Below, piece after piece: positions 26,961 to 37,433 of a DNA stretch of 64,000 nucleotides (within the stretch, counting starts at the first letter, position 1; every line of letters begins with the position of its first letter). The stretch is from Bacteroidales bacterium (GTDB lineage: Bacteria > Bacteroidota > Bacteroidia > Bacteroidales > PUMT01). The notes beneath the pieces are model-generated. The model was not told where the DNA came from, did not search any database, and saw nothing but the letters and a program-made list of their open reading frames with translations. The stretch covers positions 105,428-169,427 of the forward strand of contig SLOE01000047.1 of assembly GCA_007132715.1 (NCBI GenBank), given 5' to 3'. Position numbers and translations under genes: made by a program.

Positions 26961-27950
26961 TTAATTTTTTATGTACACTTCAAGTATCTCTGTAATTCCG
27001 CTGGTTTCAAGCACCACCTCATCAAAAACGGCAGGTATCAGTACTGTTTCTCCCCGTGAAACTGCAACTCTATCCTTTACGCCGTTATAATATATATTAT
27101 ACCCACCCTTTGTGCAGATATGAATTACAAATGAATCAGCAAGGCTGTAATCACGTGGGAGTCTACGTTTGAACAAGAGGCGCTGTGTTGTGAACCATTG
27201 GCAGTCAGCCAGCAGTACAGGCACATCCTCCCTGTCGGGGACAACTGTCTTGTAATCATTATGCCATGTATAGTCGATCGCATCAAGCGCAAGATCGACA
27301 TGAAGCTCCCGGGGCTTTCCTTCGGCATCAACCCTGTTCCAGTCATATACCCTGTAGGTAATATCTGAACACTGCTGTATCTCGGCAAGCACGATCCCTT
27401 TACCTATGGCATGAATTCTGCCGGCAGGCATAAAGAAAACATCACCCGGGGCAACCTTCTCAAAATTCAGCATTTCCGGTAGTTTGCCGACATTCAGTTT
27501 ATCAAGGAAGAGACCGCGGCTCACCTCCGTATTGAAACCGGATATCAGTTCAGCGCCCGGCTCTGCGTCGAGAACATACCACATCTCTGTTTTGCCCCTT
27601 CCATTGTGACGGTTTTGGGCAAGCTCATCATCAGGGTGCACCTGTATGGAAAGGTTGTCATTGGCGTCAATAAGCTTGATCAACAGCGGGAATTCAATTC
27701 CGTAACGGTCGAAAACCTTTTCTCCGACAAGATCGCCCATGTAAACCTCTATTAGCTCCTCAATGGTGTTTCCCTGTAAAAAGCCGTTGGCTGCCACGGA
27801 CAGTTTACCAGGATAACCCGAAATCTCCCAGCTTTCACCAATCCTGGCCTCCGGCGGGAAGCCCTTGTTGTAATTATGTTGCAGTTTGTTTCCTCCCCAG
27901 ATCATTTCCCTGGGTATTGGAGTGAATTTAAGCGGGTATAATGTTCGCAT
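26961..27950 (-). CDS. manA: class I mannose-6-phosphate isomerase
   Basis: Cupin motifs LSIQVHPDD, GKTEMWYV and AGRIHAIG. Confidence 0.75.
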   Translation of the reverse strand: MRTLYPLKFTPIPREMIWGGNKLQHNYNKGFPPEARIGESWEISGYPGKLSVAANGFLQGNTIEELIEVYMGDLVGEKVFDRYGIEFPLLIKLIDANDNLSIQVHPDDELAQNRHNGRGKTEMWYVLDAEPGAELISGFNTEVSRGLFLDKLNVGKLPEMLNFEKVAPGDVFFMPAGRIHAIGKGIVLAEIQQCSDITYRVYDWNRVDAEGKPRELHVDLALDAIDYTWHNDYKTVVPDREDVPVLLADCQWFTTQRLLFKRRLPRDYSLADSFVIHICTKGGYNIYYNGVKDRVAVSRGETVLIPAVFDEVVLETSGITEILEVYIKN

Positions 27951-28048
27951 CAGTTCACGGTTTTTGTTTTATGCCCCGGCAAGGCAGGGTTCAGGCAGCA
28001 CAAACTCATCATCCTGCTGCCGGTAAAGTTTGCGGTCTTAAAATTAAT

Positions 28049-28056
28049 TATATTTG
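28049..28056 (+). promoter_or_regulatory. candidate -7 promoter box (TAnnTTTG) for udk
   Basis: tatatttg ends 14 nt upstream of the ATG at 28071. Confidence 0.35.
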
Positions 28057-28070
28057 GGGAAATATTACAT

Positions 28071-28691
28071 ATGTTGATTGTCGGTATTGCAGGTGGTTCA
28101 GGTTCAGGTAAAACAACGGTTGTAAGGAAGGTAATGGAAAGCCTCCCGGAGAATGAGGTGGTGCTGATACCCCAGGATTCATATTATCGTGACAACTCCC
28201 ATCTGCCGCCCGCTGAGAGGCAGGAGATTAATTTTGACCATCCACGGGCGCTTGAGTTCAGTCTACTGATCAGGCATGTTAAAACGCTGCGGGAGGGAAT
28301 GCCGGTAAAACAGCCCGTATATTCCTACCTTACCTGTGCACGATCGGACGAGACGATAGATATTATCCCGAAAAAGGTAGTGATAATAGAGGGTATCCTT
28401 ATACTGACAAGCCGGCTGCTCAGGGAACTCATTGACATCAAGGTATTTGTCGACGCCGATGCCGATGACAGGCTTTCCAGGGTGATATCGAGAGACATCA
28501 GTGAGCGGGGCAGGTCAGTTGACAAAGTTCTTGACCGGTACCATAAAACAGTTAAGCCGATGCATCTTCAGTTTATCGAACCCACAAAAAGGTATGCAGA
28601 TATCATTATTCCGCAGGGCGGAAACAACAAGGTGGGCATCAATATTCTGACCGAAATTATAAGAAGCAGCCTGAACGACCGCAACACATGA
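28071..28691 (+). CDS. udk: uridine kinase
   Basis: P-loop IVGIAGGSGSGKTT, FDHP and EGIL motifs. Confidence 0.9.
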   Translation: MLIVGIAGGSGSGKTTVVRKVMESLPENEVVLIPQDSYYRDNSHLPPAERQEINFDHPRALEFSLLIRHVKTLREGMPVKQPVYSYLTCARSDETIDIIPKKVVIIEGILILTSRLLRELIDIKVFVDADADDRLSRVISRDISERGRSVDKVLDRYHKTVKPMHLQFIEPTKRYADIIIPQGGNNKVGINILTEIIRSSLNDRNT

Positions 28692-28708
28692 TATATTAAG
28701 TCACTGCT

Positions 28709-29512
28709 TCAGCCTGCTGCGAATTCCCGCACAGTCTCAACAAATGCACCGGGTTGTTCGGCATGCAGCCAGTGCCCTGCACCCTGTATGGTAACAAGTT
28801 TTACTGAAGGGAAGATCCTTTCAATGACCTCCATGTCCTCATCAAGAACATACGCTGATTTCCCGCCCCTGATAAAAAGAACAGGAAACCCGGTCAGGGG
28901 AAATGCCGGATCAAAGCAATCGGAGCTAACCCCGTCCATTATATTGTCAAGCTCCTTTATAAGCACGTCAAGGTTAAGGGTCCAGCGGTACCTTCCGTCA
29001 TCGCCCCTGTCAAGGTTTTTCATAAGGAAACCTCTGATCCTGGCCGACTTAATGGCAGCCTGCAGCATATCATCAACATCCCTGCGCGTACCTGCAGAAG
29101 AAGGATCTGCCTTCTTCATAGCCTGCAGTATATCGTGATGGTTTAACGGTTCTTCCCTGTAGAGGTCCTTGTAGGATTTGGGTGCAATATCTGCCACGAT
29201 CAGCCGCTCAATCCGGTCGGGATGATGCTGCGCAAAACACATGGCAGCCTTGCCGCCCATAGAATGTCCGAGAATGACCGGTTTCATCAGACCGGCATCA
29301 TCAATAAATTCCAGGATGTCATCCCTGATCATCTCATAGGTATGGTTTTCATCATGCGGTGACCTTCCGTGGTTCCTCAGATCGGGCAGCCAGACCTCAA
29401 AACGGTCGGACAGCGATCTTGCAACGCTCATCCAGTTATCTGACGAACCGTAAAGGCCGTGCAGTATTATCAATGGTATTCCCGACCCTGTTTTTCTGTG
29501 AAAAAGCTTCAT
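28709..29512 (-). CDS. alpha/beta hydrolase (YbfF-like esterase)
   Basis: HGLYGS, nucleophile elbow GHSMGG and C-terminal GAGHWLHAE. I prefer the internal start at 29512 (MKLFHRK), which avoids overlapping pdxJ. The track ORF runs to 29560. Confidence 0.7.
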   Translation of the reverse strand: MKLFHRKTGSGIPLIILHGLYGSSDNWMSVARSLSDRFEVWLPDLRNHGRSPHDENHTYEMIRDDILEFIDDAGLMKPVILGHSMGGKAAMCFAQHHPDRIERLIVADIAPKSYKDLYREEPLNHHDILQAMKKADPSSAGTRRDVDDMLQAAIKSARIRGFLMKNLDRGDDGRYRWTLNLDVLIKELDNIMDGVSSDCFDPAFPLTGFPVLFIRGGKSAYVLDEDMEVIERIFPSVKLVTIQGAGHWLHAEQPGAFVETVREFAAG

Positions 29513-29537
29513 GATAGAAGTGATTATTGTGTCCGGG

Positions 29538-30278
29538 TCATATACTGCCGGGTCCTGCACCCTTCAGCTCAAGTTGCCGAAGGTACATCTGGATCGCATT
29601 TTCAAGCCCGAAGTAAAGAGCATCAGAGATCAGGGCATGGCCTATGGATACCTCCAGAAGGCCGGGTACCCTGCCGGCAAAATAGCCGAGATTTTCAAGA
29701 TTGAGATCATGCCCGGCATTTAGACCCAGTCCGGCTTCACCGGCCAGTTTTGCGGCAGCTGTAAAGGGCTCTGCCGCCCCTGCAGGATCTGCCGGGAAAT
29801 GCCGGGCATAGGGTTCGGTGTAAAGCTCTATCCTGTCGGTGCCTGTCAATGCCGCATGTTCAATATGCCTCAGGTCTGTGCCGGTAAATATCGATGTCCT
29901 TATCCCATGTTCATGAAACCTGGTGATAACCTCGGTAAGGAAACCCTTATGCAATATGGTATCCCATCCCTCACTCGAGGTTATAGCATCGGGAGGGTCA
30001 GGCACCAGCGTTACCTGGTGGGGCATTACTGATAAGACAAGCTGAATAAAAGATTCAGACGGGTATCCCTCGATATTGAACTCGGTAGTGATCAGAGGCC
30101 TGATATCACGAACATCCTGGTACCTGATGTGCCGTTCATCGGGACGGGGATGTACCGTTATACCGTGTGCCCCGAAGTTCTGGCAATCCACCGCCGCTTT
30201 AAGTACATCAGGTATATTTCCGCCCCTGGCATTCCTTAATGTGGCAATTTTGTTTATATTTACGCTTAATCGGGTCAT
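29538..30278 (-). CDS. pdxJ: pyridoxine 5'-phosphate synthase
   Basis: [27 protein letters not shown] and EGYP motifs. Start chosen at MTRLSVN (30278). Confidence 0.9.
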   Translation of the reverse strand: MTRLSVNINKIATLRNARGGNIPDVLKAAVDCQNFGAHGITVHPRPDERHIRYQDVRDIRPLITTEFNIEGYPSESFIQLVLSVMPHQVTLVPDPPDAITSSEGWDTILHKGFLTEVITRFHEHGIRTSIFTGTDLRHIEHAALTGTDRIELYTEPYARHFPADPAGAAEPFTAAAKLAGEAGLGLNAGHDLNLENLGYFAGRVPGLLEVSIGHALISDALYFGLENAIQMYLRQLELKGAGPGSI

Positions 30279-30341
30279 GGCACATTGTTTGTTCATACAA
30301 AACACAAAATTAGTGCTAATTTACAACAAATAAAACCGGGT

Positions 30342-31007
30342 ATGCTTGCCAGGGAACTTGTATCAGATGTCATTCCGGCGCTTAGAACCTCCGACACCGG
30401 AGCCCGTGCACTCAGCTGGATGGAGATATTCAGGATCTCCCATCTTCCCATTGTCAATAACCTGGAGTTTCTCGGACTTATCTCCGATACCGATATATAC
30501 GACCTGGGTATGACCGACGAACCTATCGGGAATCACAAGCTGTCGCTGTTCAGCCCGTTTGTGTATGATCACCAGCATATTTACGAAGTAATCGAGATTG
30601 CCTCCCGCCTCAGGCTGACTGTTATACCGGTTCTTGACGAAAAAAAGAACTATACAGGACTGATCGGGCAGAACGACCTGCTGGCCCATTTTGCAACTCT
30701 TACAGCTGTAAGTGAACCCGGGGGGCTCATCGTACTGGAGATGAACCACCACGACTACTCCATCAGCCAGATAAGCCAGATCGTTGAGAGCAACAACGCC
30801 AGGATACTGAGCCTCTATACACGGAACACGGAAGATAGTACCCTGATGGAAGTAGCGATCAAGATCAACCGGACCGACCTCGCACCGGTCATCAGGACAT
30901 TCCAGCGTTATGACTATAACATCAAGGCATCATACATGGATGACGAAAACCTTGACAGTTTCTACAAAAACAGGTATGAACAGTTCATGCGTTATCTGAA
31001 CGTATAA
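30342..31007 (+). CDS. CBS domain-pair protein
   Basis: Two CBS motifs (HLPIVNN..FLGLISDTDI and VIPVLDEKKNYTGLIGQNDL). Start chosen at MLARELV (30342). The pdxJ / CBS-nadK arrangement is common in Bacteroidota. Confidence 0.7.
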   Translation: MLARELVSDVIPALRTSDTGARALSWMEIFRISHLPIVNNLEFLGLISDTDIYDLGMTDEPIGNHKLSLFSPFVYDHQHIYEVIEIASRLRLTVIPVLDEKKNYTGLIGQNDLLAHFATLTAVSEPGGLIVLEMNHHDYSISQISQIVESNNARILSLYTRNTEDSTLMEVAIKINRTDLAPVIRTFQRYDYNIKASYMDDENLDSFYKNRYEQFMRYLNV

Positions 31008-31020
31008 TAATTTTCAGTCA

Positions 31021-31899
31021 ATGCAGATATCTGTATACGGACGGCAATTCAACCCTCATTTCAATGATTATGCGAAGAGGTTGTTTACAAGACTCCGGGA
31101 GAACAGTCTCAGGATATCCTTATATGAACCTTTCTACAATTTCCTCGTCCGGGAAGCAGGTATTGACCCTGAGCCGGAAACCATTTTCAATTCACATAAC
31201 GATCTTGACAGGTCAAGTGATTTTATCTTCACAATCGGCGGTGACGGCACAATACTGGAGACTATAGCACTGGTAAGGGATACCGGCATCCCGGTGCTCG
31301 GATTCAACAGCGGCAAACTGGGATTCCTTGCAAATATCTCAGGGAATGATATTGATGAGGCAATAGAGGCGGTAATGACAGGCAACTATACCACCGAAAA
31401 AAGGAGCCTGCTTCAATTGCAAAGCCCCGGCAAGGTATTCAGCGGATTTGACTGCGCACTGAATGAGTTCACCGTTCAGAAAAAAGATTCAACCATGATA
31501 ACAATCCAGGCGTGGCTGAACGATCATCTCCTGAATTCCTACTGGGCAGACGGACTTATCATTTCAACACCAACAGGATCAACGGCTTATTCATTAAGCG
31601 CGGGGGGACCATTGCTGACACCTGATACCGGCGCCATTATTATTTCACCTATTGCTCCGCACAATCTTACCGTCAGGCCGGTTGTAGTTCCCGATAACAA
31701 CACAATAAGGCTCAGGGTAACCGGAAACAGACCGAAGTTCCTGCTTTCGATGGATTCCAGGAGTACACTGGTCGCAATGGAGACTGAAATTGTGATCAGG
31801 AGACCGGGATACTATATAAATCTGATCAGGCTTAACAGCCAGGATTTCTACGCTACACTTCGCAATAAACTTATGTGGGGGGCTGATAAAAGGAACTGA
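31021..31899 (+). CDS. nadK: NAD kinase
   Basis: TIGGDGTILE, NSGKLGFL and STPTGSTAYSLSAGGP motifs. Confidence 0.85.
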   Translation: MQISVYGRQFNPHFNDYAKRLFTRLRENSLRISLYEPFYNFLVREAGIDPEPETIFNSHNDLDRSSDFIFTIGGDGTILETIALVRDTGIPVLGFNSGKLGFLANISGNDIDEAIEAVMTGNYTTEKRSLLQLQSPGKVFSGFDCALNEFTVQKKDSTMITIQAWLNDHLLNSYWADGLIISTPTGSTAYSLSAGGPLLTPDTGAIIISPIAPHNLTVRPVVVPDNNTIRLRVTGNRPKFLLSMDSRSTLVAMETEIVIRRPGYYINLIRLNSQDFYATLRNKLMWGADKRN

Positions 31900-31983
31900 A
31901 ACAGATGACTGAATTCGCCTTTCTTCCCCGGTTGCCGGCAATAATTAAGATACTACTGATGTTTTATTACCACTTATTTTCAT

Positions 31984-31991
31984 TAAATTTG
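31984..31991 (+). promoter_or_regulatory. candidate -7 promoter box (TAnnTTTG)
   Basis: taaatttg ends 19 nt upstream of the ATG at 32011. Confidence 0.35.
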
Positions 31992-32010
31992 CAGTCCTAA
32001 AAAACAGAAG

Positions 32011-32745
32011 ATGCGCATCAGTATCCTGATCACCCTTCTATTCCTGGTTATCCCGGCATTACCTGCAGAGGGCCAGAGTTGGCGATCCAGGCCCTATGAG
32101 TTATACGCGGGGATCGGTCCGGCAAACTACTTTGGAGATATCGGAGGGACAGCAGATGAAAATAACTGGTTCGGCGTAAAAGACCTGGATATATTCAGGA
32201 GCAGGCCGGGTTTCATTGCCGGCCTCAGGTACATCCCGGGCAACTATATCGGCATAAACGGAAGTGCTGCACTGGGATGGCTCAGCGGTAACGATGCGGG
32301 CGGAAGGAACGAGGCAAGGGGATATGTTTTCAACACGACATTCCTTGAGCTGTCTGCCAGAGGCGAGTTCTTCCCCGTAAGGGACCTTAGGCTTCTCAGG
32401 GGAGTAGACAGAAGAGGGCTGGTCCGGAACTACGGAACTTTCTCTCTTTATCTTTTCGGCGGAGCAGGGGCAATAGTGTATTATGTAATGCCGAATGAAA
32501 GACTTGAAAACAGAAGGGAAAGGGACAACATAGACAACGGGATGGTTACCATGGTGCTGCCGGCCGGGATCGGTGCAAAACTTGGTGTCAGCAATCATAT
32601 GGATATAGGTTTTGAGATCGGGGGGCGCTATTCACTGAATGATTACCTTGACGGTTTTACCAGTCCCACTGCAACCTCAAACGATATATATTACCTGACA
32701 ACTGTACAGATTATTTACAGGTTGACCGGACTGATACCGGAATAA
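32011..32745 (+). CDS. small outer-membrane beta-barrel protein, DUF6089/PorG-like
   Basis: Signal peptide, alternating beta pattern and the YFGDIGG motif. It occupies the position upstream of uppS-bamA-skp-skp, as I recall for PorG (PG0189) in Porphyromonas gingivalis. Confidence 0.5.
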   Translation: MRISILITLLFLVIPALPAEGQSWRSRPYELYAGIGPANYFGDIGGTADENNWFGVKDLDIFRSRPGFIAGLRYIPGNYIGINGSAALGWLSGNDAGGRNEARGYVFNTTFLELSARGEFFPVRDLRLLRGVDRRGLVRNYGTFSLYLFGGAGAIVYYVMPNERLENRRERDNIDNGMVTMVLPAGIGAKLGVSNHMDIGFEIGGRYSLNDYLDGFTSPTATSNDIYYLTTVQIIYRLTGLIPE

Positions 32746-32767
32746 TTATAAAAAATTACAGGAAATT

Positions 32768-33433
32768 ATGATCAGAGCCGCTGCAATATGCTTAATGCTG
32801 ATACTGAGCGCCGGCAAGGGTTTCTCCTCCGACGAGCTGGATGCCGGAATATTTGCAGGCACTTCCTATTACAGGGGAAACCTGAACCCCTCCCTTCATT
32901 TTCACAGGCCTTCACCTGCATTCGGAGCCCTGATGAGATACAATTTCAATGAACACTATGCCTTTAAGATGGGATTTAATTTCGGACAGATCAAAGCAGA
33001 AGACATTGATTTTGAATATCCGCTAAACCAGGCAAGACAGGCCGGGCTTGTTAACAATTTTTATGATTTCTCACTGACCGGTGAATTCAATTTCATGCCT
33101 TTCAAGGTCACCATATTCAGTAAACCAATAAGCACATATATAACAGCAGGGATAGCCTATACATTCGTTCCGGATGTTGATGGTCCGGCATCCAATTACC
33201 TTAACCTGCCTTTCGGCGGAGGTGTAAAATACGGCATTAGCAGAAGGCTGACAATCGGATTGGAATGGATTTTGAAGAAGAACTTCAGGGATGATATTGA
33301 CGGAGTGAAAAGTTTCGGACAATTTGATTCTCCATCTTTTATTCATAACAATGATTGGGTATCTTTGGCCGGATTTTTCGTTACCATAAAACCCTTTGAG
33401 CGCAGGGGTGACTGTGCGGTTTACTGGTACTAA
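32768..33433 (+). CDS. second DUF6089/PorG-like outer-membrane beta-barrel protein
   Basis: Signal peptide, YYRGNLNP motif and beta-strand periodicity. A paralogue of the preceding gene. Confidence 0.5.
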   Translation: MIRAAAICLMLILSAGKGFSSDELDAGIFAGTSYYRGNLNPSLHFHRPSPAFGALMRYNFNEHYAFKMGFNFGQIKAEDIDFEYPLNQARQAGLVNNFYDFSLTGEFNFMPFKVTIFSKPISTYITAGIAYTFVPDVDGPASNYLNLPFGGGVKYGISRRLTIGLEWILKKNFRDDIDGVKSFGQFDSPSFIHNNDWVSLAGFFVTIKPFERRGDCAVYWY

Positions 33434-33444
33434 GCTTCAGGTTT

Positions 33445-34194
33445 ATGACAGAAATGAAGGATAAAATAGACAAGAACAAACTCCCAGGCCATATTGCTAT
33501 TATCATGGACGGTAACGGCAGGTGGGCCAAAGAGAGGGGCTCCCACAGGATATTCGGGCACCAGAACGGGATTACTGCCGTTAAGCAGGCCGTTGAGGGT
33601 GCCGGTGAGCTTGGCGTGAAATATCTGACACTGTATGCATTTTCCAAGGAAAACTGGTGCCGGCCCCAGGAAGAGATAGATGCCCTGCTGGATCTTATGG
33701 TATCATCCATTAATTCAGAAACCAAAGCACTAATTGAGAACAATGTCCGTTTATTGGTTATCGGCGACATGGATAGTCTGCCGCCGGCAATTGTTGACAA
33801 GCTTATTGACGTAATTGACAGGACAAAAGGGAACACCGGGCTGACACTTATTGTCGCGCTGAGTTACAGTGCACGGTGGGAGATCGCAAGGGCGGCACGG
33901 CTTATTGCAGATGATGTAAGGTCGGGCAAGATAGCCGGGGAGGATATTGATGAAGAAAAATTTGCCCATTACCTTGCCACGGCAGACGTACCTGACCCCG
34001 AACTTCTTATCAGAACAAGCGGGGAATACAGGCTCAGTAATTTTATGCTCTGGCAACTTGCATATACTGAAATGTATTTTACGCCCACGTTGTGGCCCGA
34101 TTTCCGGAAAGAGCATTTGCACAGGGCAATTGTTGATTTTCAGAAGAGAGAGAGAAGATTTGGCAAAACAAGCGAACAATTAAACTGCGATTGA
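33445..34194 (+). CDS. uppS: di-trans,poly-cis-undecaprenyl-diphosphate synthase
   Basis: HIAIIMDGNGRWA, TLYAFS.ENW, IRTSGE.RLSNF.LWQ.AY.E. Confidence 0.9.
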   Translation: MTEMKDKIDKNKLPGHIAIIMDGNGRWAKERGSHRIFGHQNGITAVKQAVEGAGELGVKYLTLYAFSKENWCRPQEEIDALLDLMVSSINSETKALIENNVRLLVIGDMDSLPPAIVDKLIDVIDRTKGNTGLTLIVALSYSARWEIARAARLIADDVRSGKIAGEDIDEEKFAHYLATADVPDPELLIRTSGEYRLSNFMLWQLAYTEMYFTPTLWPDFRKEHLHRAIVDFQKRERRFGKTSEQLNCD

Positions 34195-34197
34195 TTT

Positions 34198-36690
34198 ATG
34201 CTGACAAAAAAATTTGCATCTTTAGTTTGTTTCATACTTGCCCTGATTTGTCTGCTTCCTGACGGTAAAGCACAGACAGACTACGCAGCCTTGCCGGTTA
34301 TGGATTACTCCAGGGCCAGGGAATATGTAATAAGGGAAGTTAGCGTATCCGGAATTCAGCATCTTGACCCGGCTGTTGTAGTAAGTGCAAGCGGCCTGGA
34401 AAGGGGCAGAAGGATCACTGTACCCGGAGATGACATCACTGAGGCGATCCGTAAACTATGGGATCAAAGGCTTTTCTCAGATGTAAAGATAACTGCCACC
34501 CGGGTTGAAGGCACAGAGATAGACCTTGATATCTGGCTCCAGGAACCCCCCCGGCTGTCGGCCCTGAATATCGAGGGACTTAGAAGAAGCGAGCTGAGGG
34601 ATATTGAAGACAAGATAAGGCTGAGGACCGGCAGGCTCGTTGACGAAAATACGCTCAACAACACCAGGGATATTATTCAGAAGCACTTTGTCGAGAAAGG
34701 TTTCCTCAATACCGAGGTTGACATCCGGATGGAGGATGACCCGGTACACCCCAACAGGGCAAGATTGTACATTGATGTTGATAAAAATGACAGGGTCAGG
34801 ATTTCTGACATCTATTTCGTTGGCAATGAGAATTTCACCGACCGCCGGCTCAGAAGGGTCATGAAGAACACAAACAAAAGAAACCTGAACATCTTCAGAA
34901 CCTCAAAACTGGTAGCAGACGACTACAGGGAAGATAAACAGAACCTTATAACATTCTACAACGAACACGGATTCAGGGATGCTGTCATCGTTTCAGATAC
35001 CATTTACCATACCGAGGATAACCGGATCAATGTCGGGATTGTAATTGAGGAGGGGAACCAATACTATTTCAGGGATATTGCATGGGTGGGCAACACCAAG
35101 TATCCTGCCGAATTCCTAACAGCCGTTCTTAACATTGAAAAAGGCGAGGTATACGACCAGACAAAGCTTTATAACAGGCTGCGGATGGATGATGATGCTG
35201 TAAGTTCCATCTATCTTGATGATGGTTACCTGTTCTTCCAGATCAATCCGGTTGAACTCCGGATCGAGAACGATTCGATCGACCTGGAAATGCGCGTTCG
35301 CGAGGGGGACCAGGCAAGGATAAACCGGGTGCTTATATCAGGGAACACAAAGACCAACGAGCACGTGATAAGACGGGAGATAAGAACCAAGCCCGGGCAG
35401 CTTTTCAGCAAGACCAACCTTATGCGTTCACACAGGGAAATATCCAGCCTCGGGCACTTTGATCCGGAAAGGCTGGAAATAAACCCTTTACCCAATCCGA
35501 ATGACGGGACAGTTGACATAGAATATGTTGTAGAGGAGAGGGCAAATGACCAGCTCGAGATTTCAGGCGGCTGGGGCGCCGGCATGCTGATAGGCACCAT
35601 CGGTGTTCGCTTCAATAATTTCTCTACAAGAAATATCTTTAACAGGGAGGCATGGAGGCCGCTTCCCTCAGGTGACGGACAGACACTGAGCATCCGGGCT
35701 CAGTCAAACGGCAGCTATTACCAGGCATACAACCTGACTTTCGTCGAACCTTATGTTGGAGGCACCAAGCCCAACTCACTCTCCTTCTCGGTCTATCATA
35801 CCATTCAGACCAACAGGTTCAACCGCAGGATACAGGACTGGTCATCCATAAAGATCTCCGGGGCTTCACTGGGTATGGGAAGAAGGCTGGACTGGCCCGA
35901 TGATTTCTTCACACTTTACAACGAGATCAGCTTTCAGAACTATGAACTGACTGACTGGTTCGGCCAGTTCCTTTTCCAGGACGGCAGTTCAAACAACCTC
36001 AGTGTAAGAACATCTTTCGGGAGGAACTCAGTCGACCAGCCGATATATCCGCGCCGTGGAAATTCCTTCAACCTTTCGCTGCAGATAACTCCACCATATT
36101 CACTTCTGAGCGACAAGGATTTTTCATCTATGCCGGCCAGTGAAAAATACAAGTGGATAGAGTACCATAAATGGACATTCAAGAGCAACTGGTACACAGC
36201 ACTGACCGGGGACCTCGTCCTGAGTGCAGGTGCCCAGTTCGGGATCCTGGGTTATTTCAACAGCGACATAGGGCCGTCACCCTTTGAGAGTTTTGACCTG
36301 GGTGGTGACGGCATGTCGGGGTATAACCTCTACGGCAGGGAGACCATCGGGCTGAGAGGTTATGAAAACGGTTCGCTTACCCCGATAGTAAGGGGACACA
36401 AGTCAGGTAACATCTACAACAAGTTCACTATGGAGCTGAGGTATCCTGTCTCAACCAATCCCAACGCATTCATATACCCTCTTATCTTCATTGAGGCGGG
36501 CAATGCCTGGTACGACTTCAAGGAGTTCAATCCGTTTGCTGTCAAGCGTTCGGCAGGTATCGGACTCAGGGCTTTCCTCCCGATGTTCGGCCTCCTTGGC
36601 ATTGACTGGGCCTACGGGTTTGACGCGATACCCGGCAGGCCGGATGCCAGCGGCAGTCAGTTCCATTTTGTTCTCGGACAGCAATTTTAA
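34198..36690 (+). CDS. bamA: outer membrane protein assembly factor BamA
   Basis: 830 aa. Signal peptide, five POTRA-like repeats, an Omp85 barrel with the LRGYE loop-6 motif, and a C-terminal ...FVLGQQF. Confidence 0.9.
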   Translation: MLTKKFASLVCFILALICLLPDGKAQTDYAALPVMDYSRAREYVIREVSVSGIQHLDPAVVVSASGLERGRRITVPGDDITEAIRKLWDQRLFSDVKITATRVEGTEIDLDIWLQEPPRLSALNIEGLRRSELRDIEDKIRLRTGRLVDENTLNNTRDIIQKHFVEKGFLNTEVDIRMEDDPVHPNRARLYIDVDKNDRVRISDIYFVGNENFTDRRLRRVMKNTNKRNLNIFRTSKLVADDYREDKQNLITFYNEHGFRDAVIVSDTIYHTEDNRINVGIVIEEGNQYYFRDIAWVGNTKYPAEFLTAVLNIEKGEVYDQTKLYNRLRMDDDAVSSIYLDDGYLFFQINPVELRIENDSIDLEMRVREGDQARINRVLISGNTKTNEHVIRREIRTKPGQLFSKTNLMRSHREISSLGHFDPERLEINPLPNPNDGTVDIEYVVEERANDQLEISGGWGAGMLIGTIGVRFNNFSTRNIFNREAWRPLPSGDGQTLSIRAQSNGSYYQAYNLTFVEPYVGGTKPNSLSFSVYHTIQTNRFNRRIQDWSSIKISGASLGMGRRLDWPDDFFTLYNEISFQNYELTDWFGQFLFQDGSSNNLSVRTSFGRNSVDQPIYPRRGNSFNLSLQITPPYSLLSDKDFSSMPASEKYKWIEYHKWTFKSNWYTALTGDLVLSAGAQFGILGYFNSDIGPSPFESFDLGGDGMSGYNLYGRETIGLRGYENGSLTPIVRGHKSGNIYNKFTMELRYPVSTNPNAFIYPLIFIEAGNAWYDFKEFNPFAVKRSAGIGLRAFLPMFGLLGIDWAYGFDAIPGRPDASGSQFHFVLGQQF

Positions 36691-36711
36691 TAACCATTTA
36701 ACTTTATACTC

Positions 36712-37299
36712 ATGGACATTAAGCATATAAACATCGATACCCGCAAAGCTTTTGCAGGTAAACGGGCAATTTCCGGTCTTACATTCAGGCTGGCCCTATT
36801 GGCGACCCTGCTCTTGGGTATTACAGCACATACAGCTTCGGCACAGCGGTTTGCATGGGTTGACAGTGAATACATTCTCAGCAATATACCCGAATACAGG
36901 GCAGCACAGGAGCAGCTGGAAAAGCTTTCAGCCGGGTGGCAGAAAGAGATAGAGGAGAGATATGAGCAGGTTGAGGCTCTCTACAGAAGCTACCAGAATG
37001 ACAGGGTCCTTATGAGCGAAGAGATGAGAAGAAAAAGGGAAGACGAGATAGTCACAATGGAGGCTGCAGCCGCCGAACTCCAGAGAAAATACTTCGGTCC
37101 GGAAGGGGAGCTTTTCAACAGCCAGGAGGAGTTGATCAGGCCCATTCAGGACAGGATATACAAAGCCGTGGAGAAAATGGCCCAGGAAGGTAACTACGCG
37201 GTGATATTCGATACCGCAAACTCATCTTCCATGCTCTATACAAATCCACGCAACGATCTCAGTGACGACATCCTTAGAATGCTCGGTTACAGGAACTGA
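36712..37299 (+). CDS. OmpH/Skp family periplasmic chaperone
   Basis: Signal peptide ending ASAQ. Motif RFAWVD...IL. Long coiled-coil region rich in E/K/Q. Immediately downstream of bamA. Confidence 0.75.
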   Translation: MDIKHINIDTRKAFAGKRAISGLTFRLALLATLLLGITAHTASAQRFAWVDSEYILSNIPEYRAAQEQLEKLSAGWQKEIEERYEQVEALYRSYQNDRVLMSEEMRRKREDEIVTMEAAAAELQRKYFGPEGELFNSQEELIRPIQDRIYKAVEKMAQEGNYAVIFDTANSSSMLYTNPRNDLSDDILRMLGYRN

Positions 37300-37433
37300 G
37301 AGAGTAATTCGTAAAGACAGATCACAATAAAACCAATTACATAGAAAACGAGCTATATACAATGCCCCGAACTAAACCGGCTGATCATTGAATGGCGAGT
37401 TACATCTAAAAACTTAACCAAAAATTTGTACGC

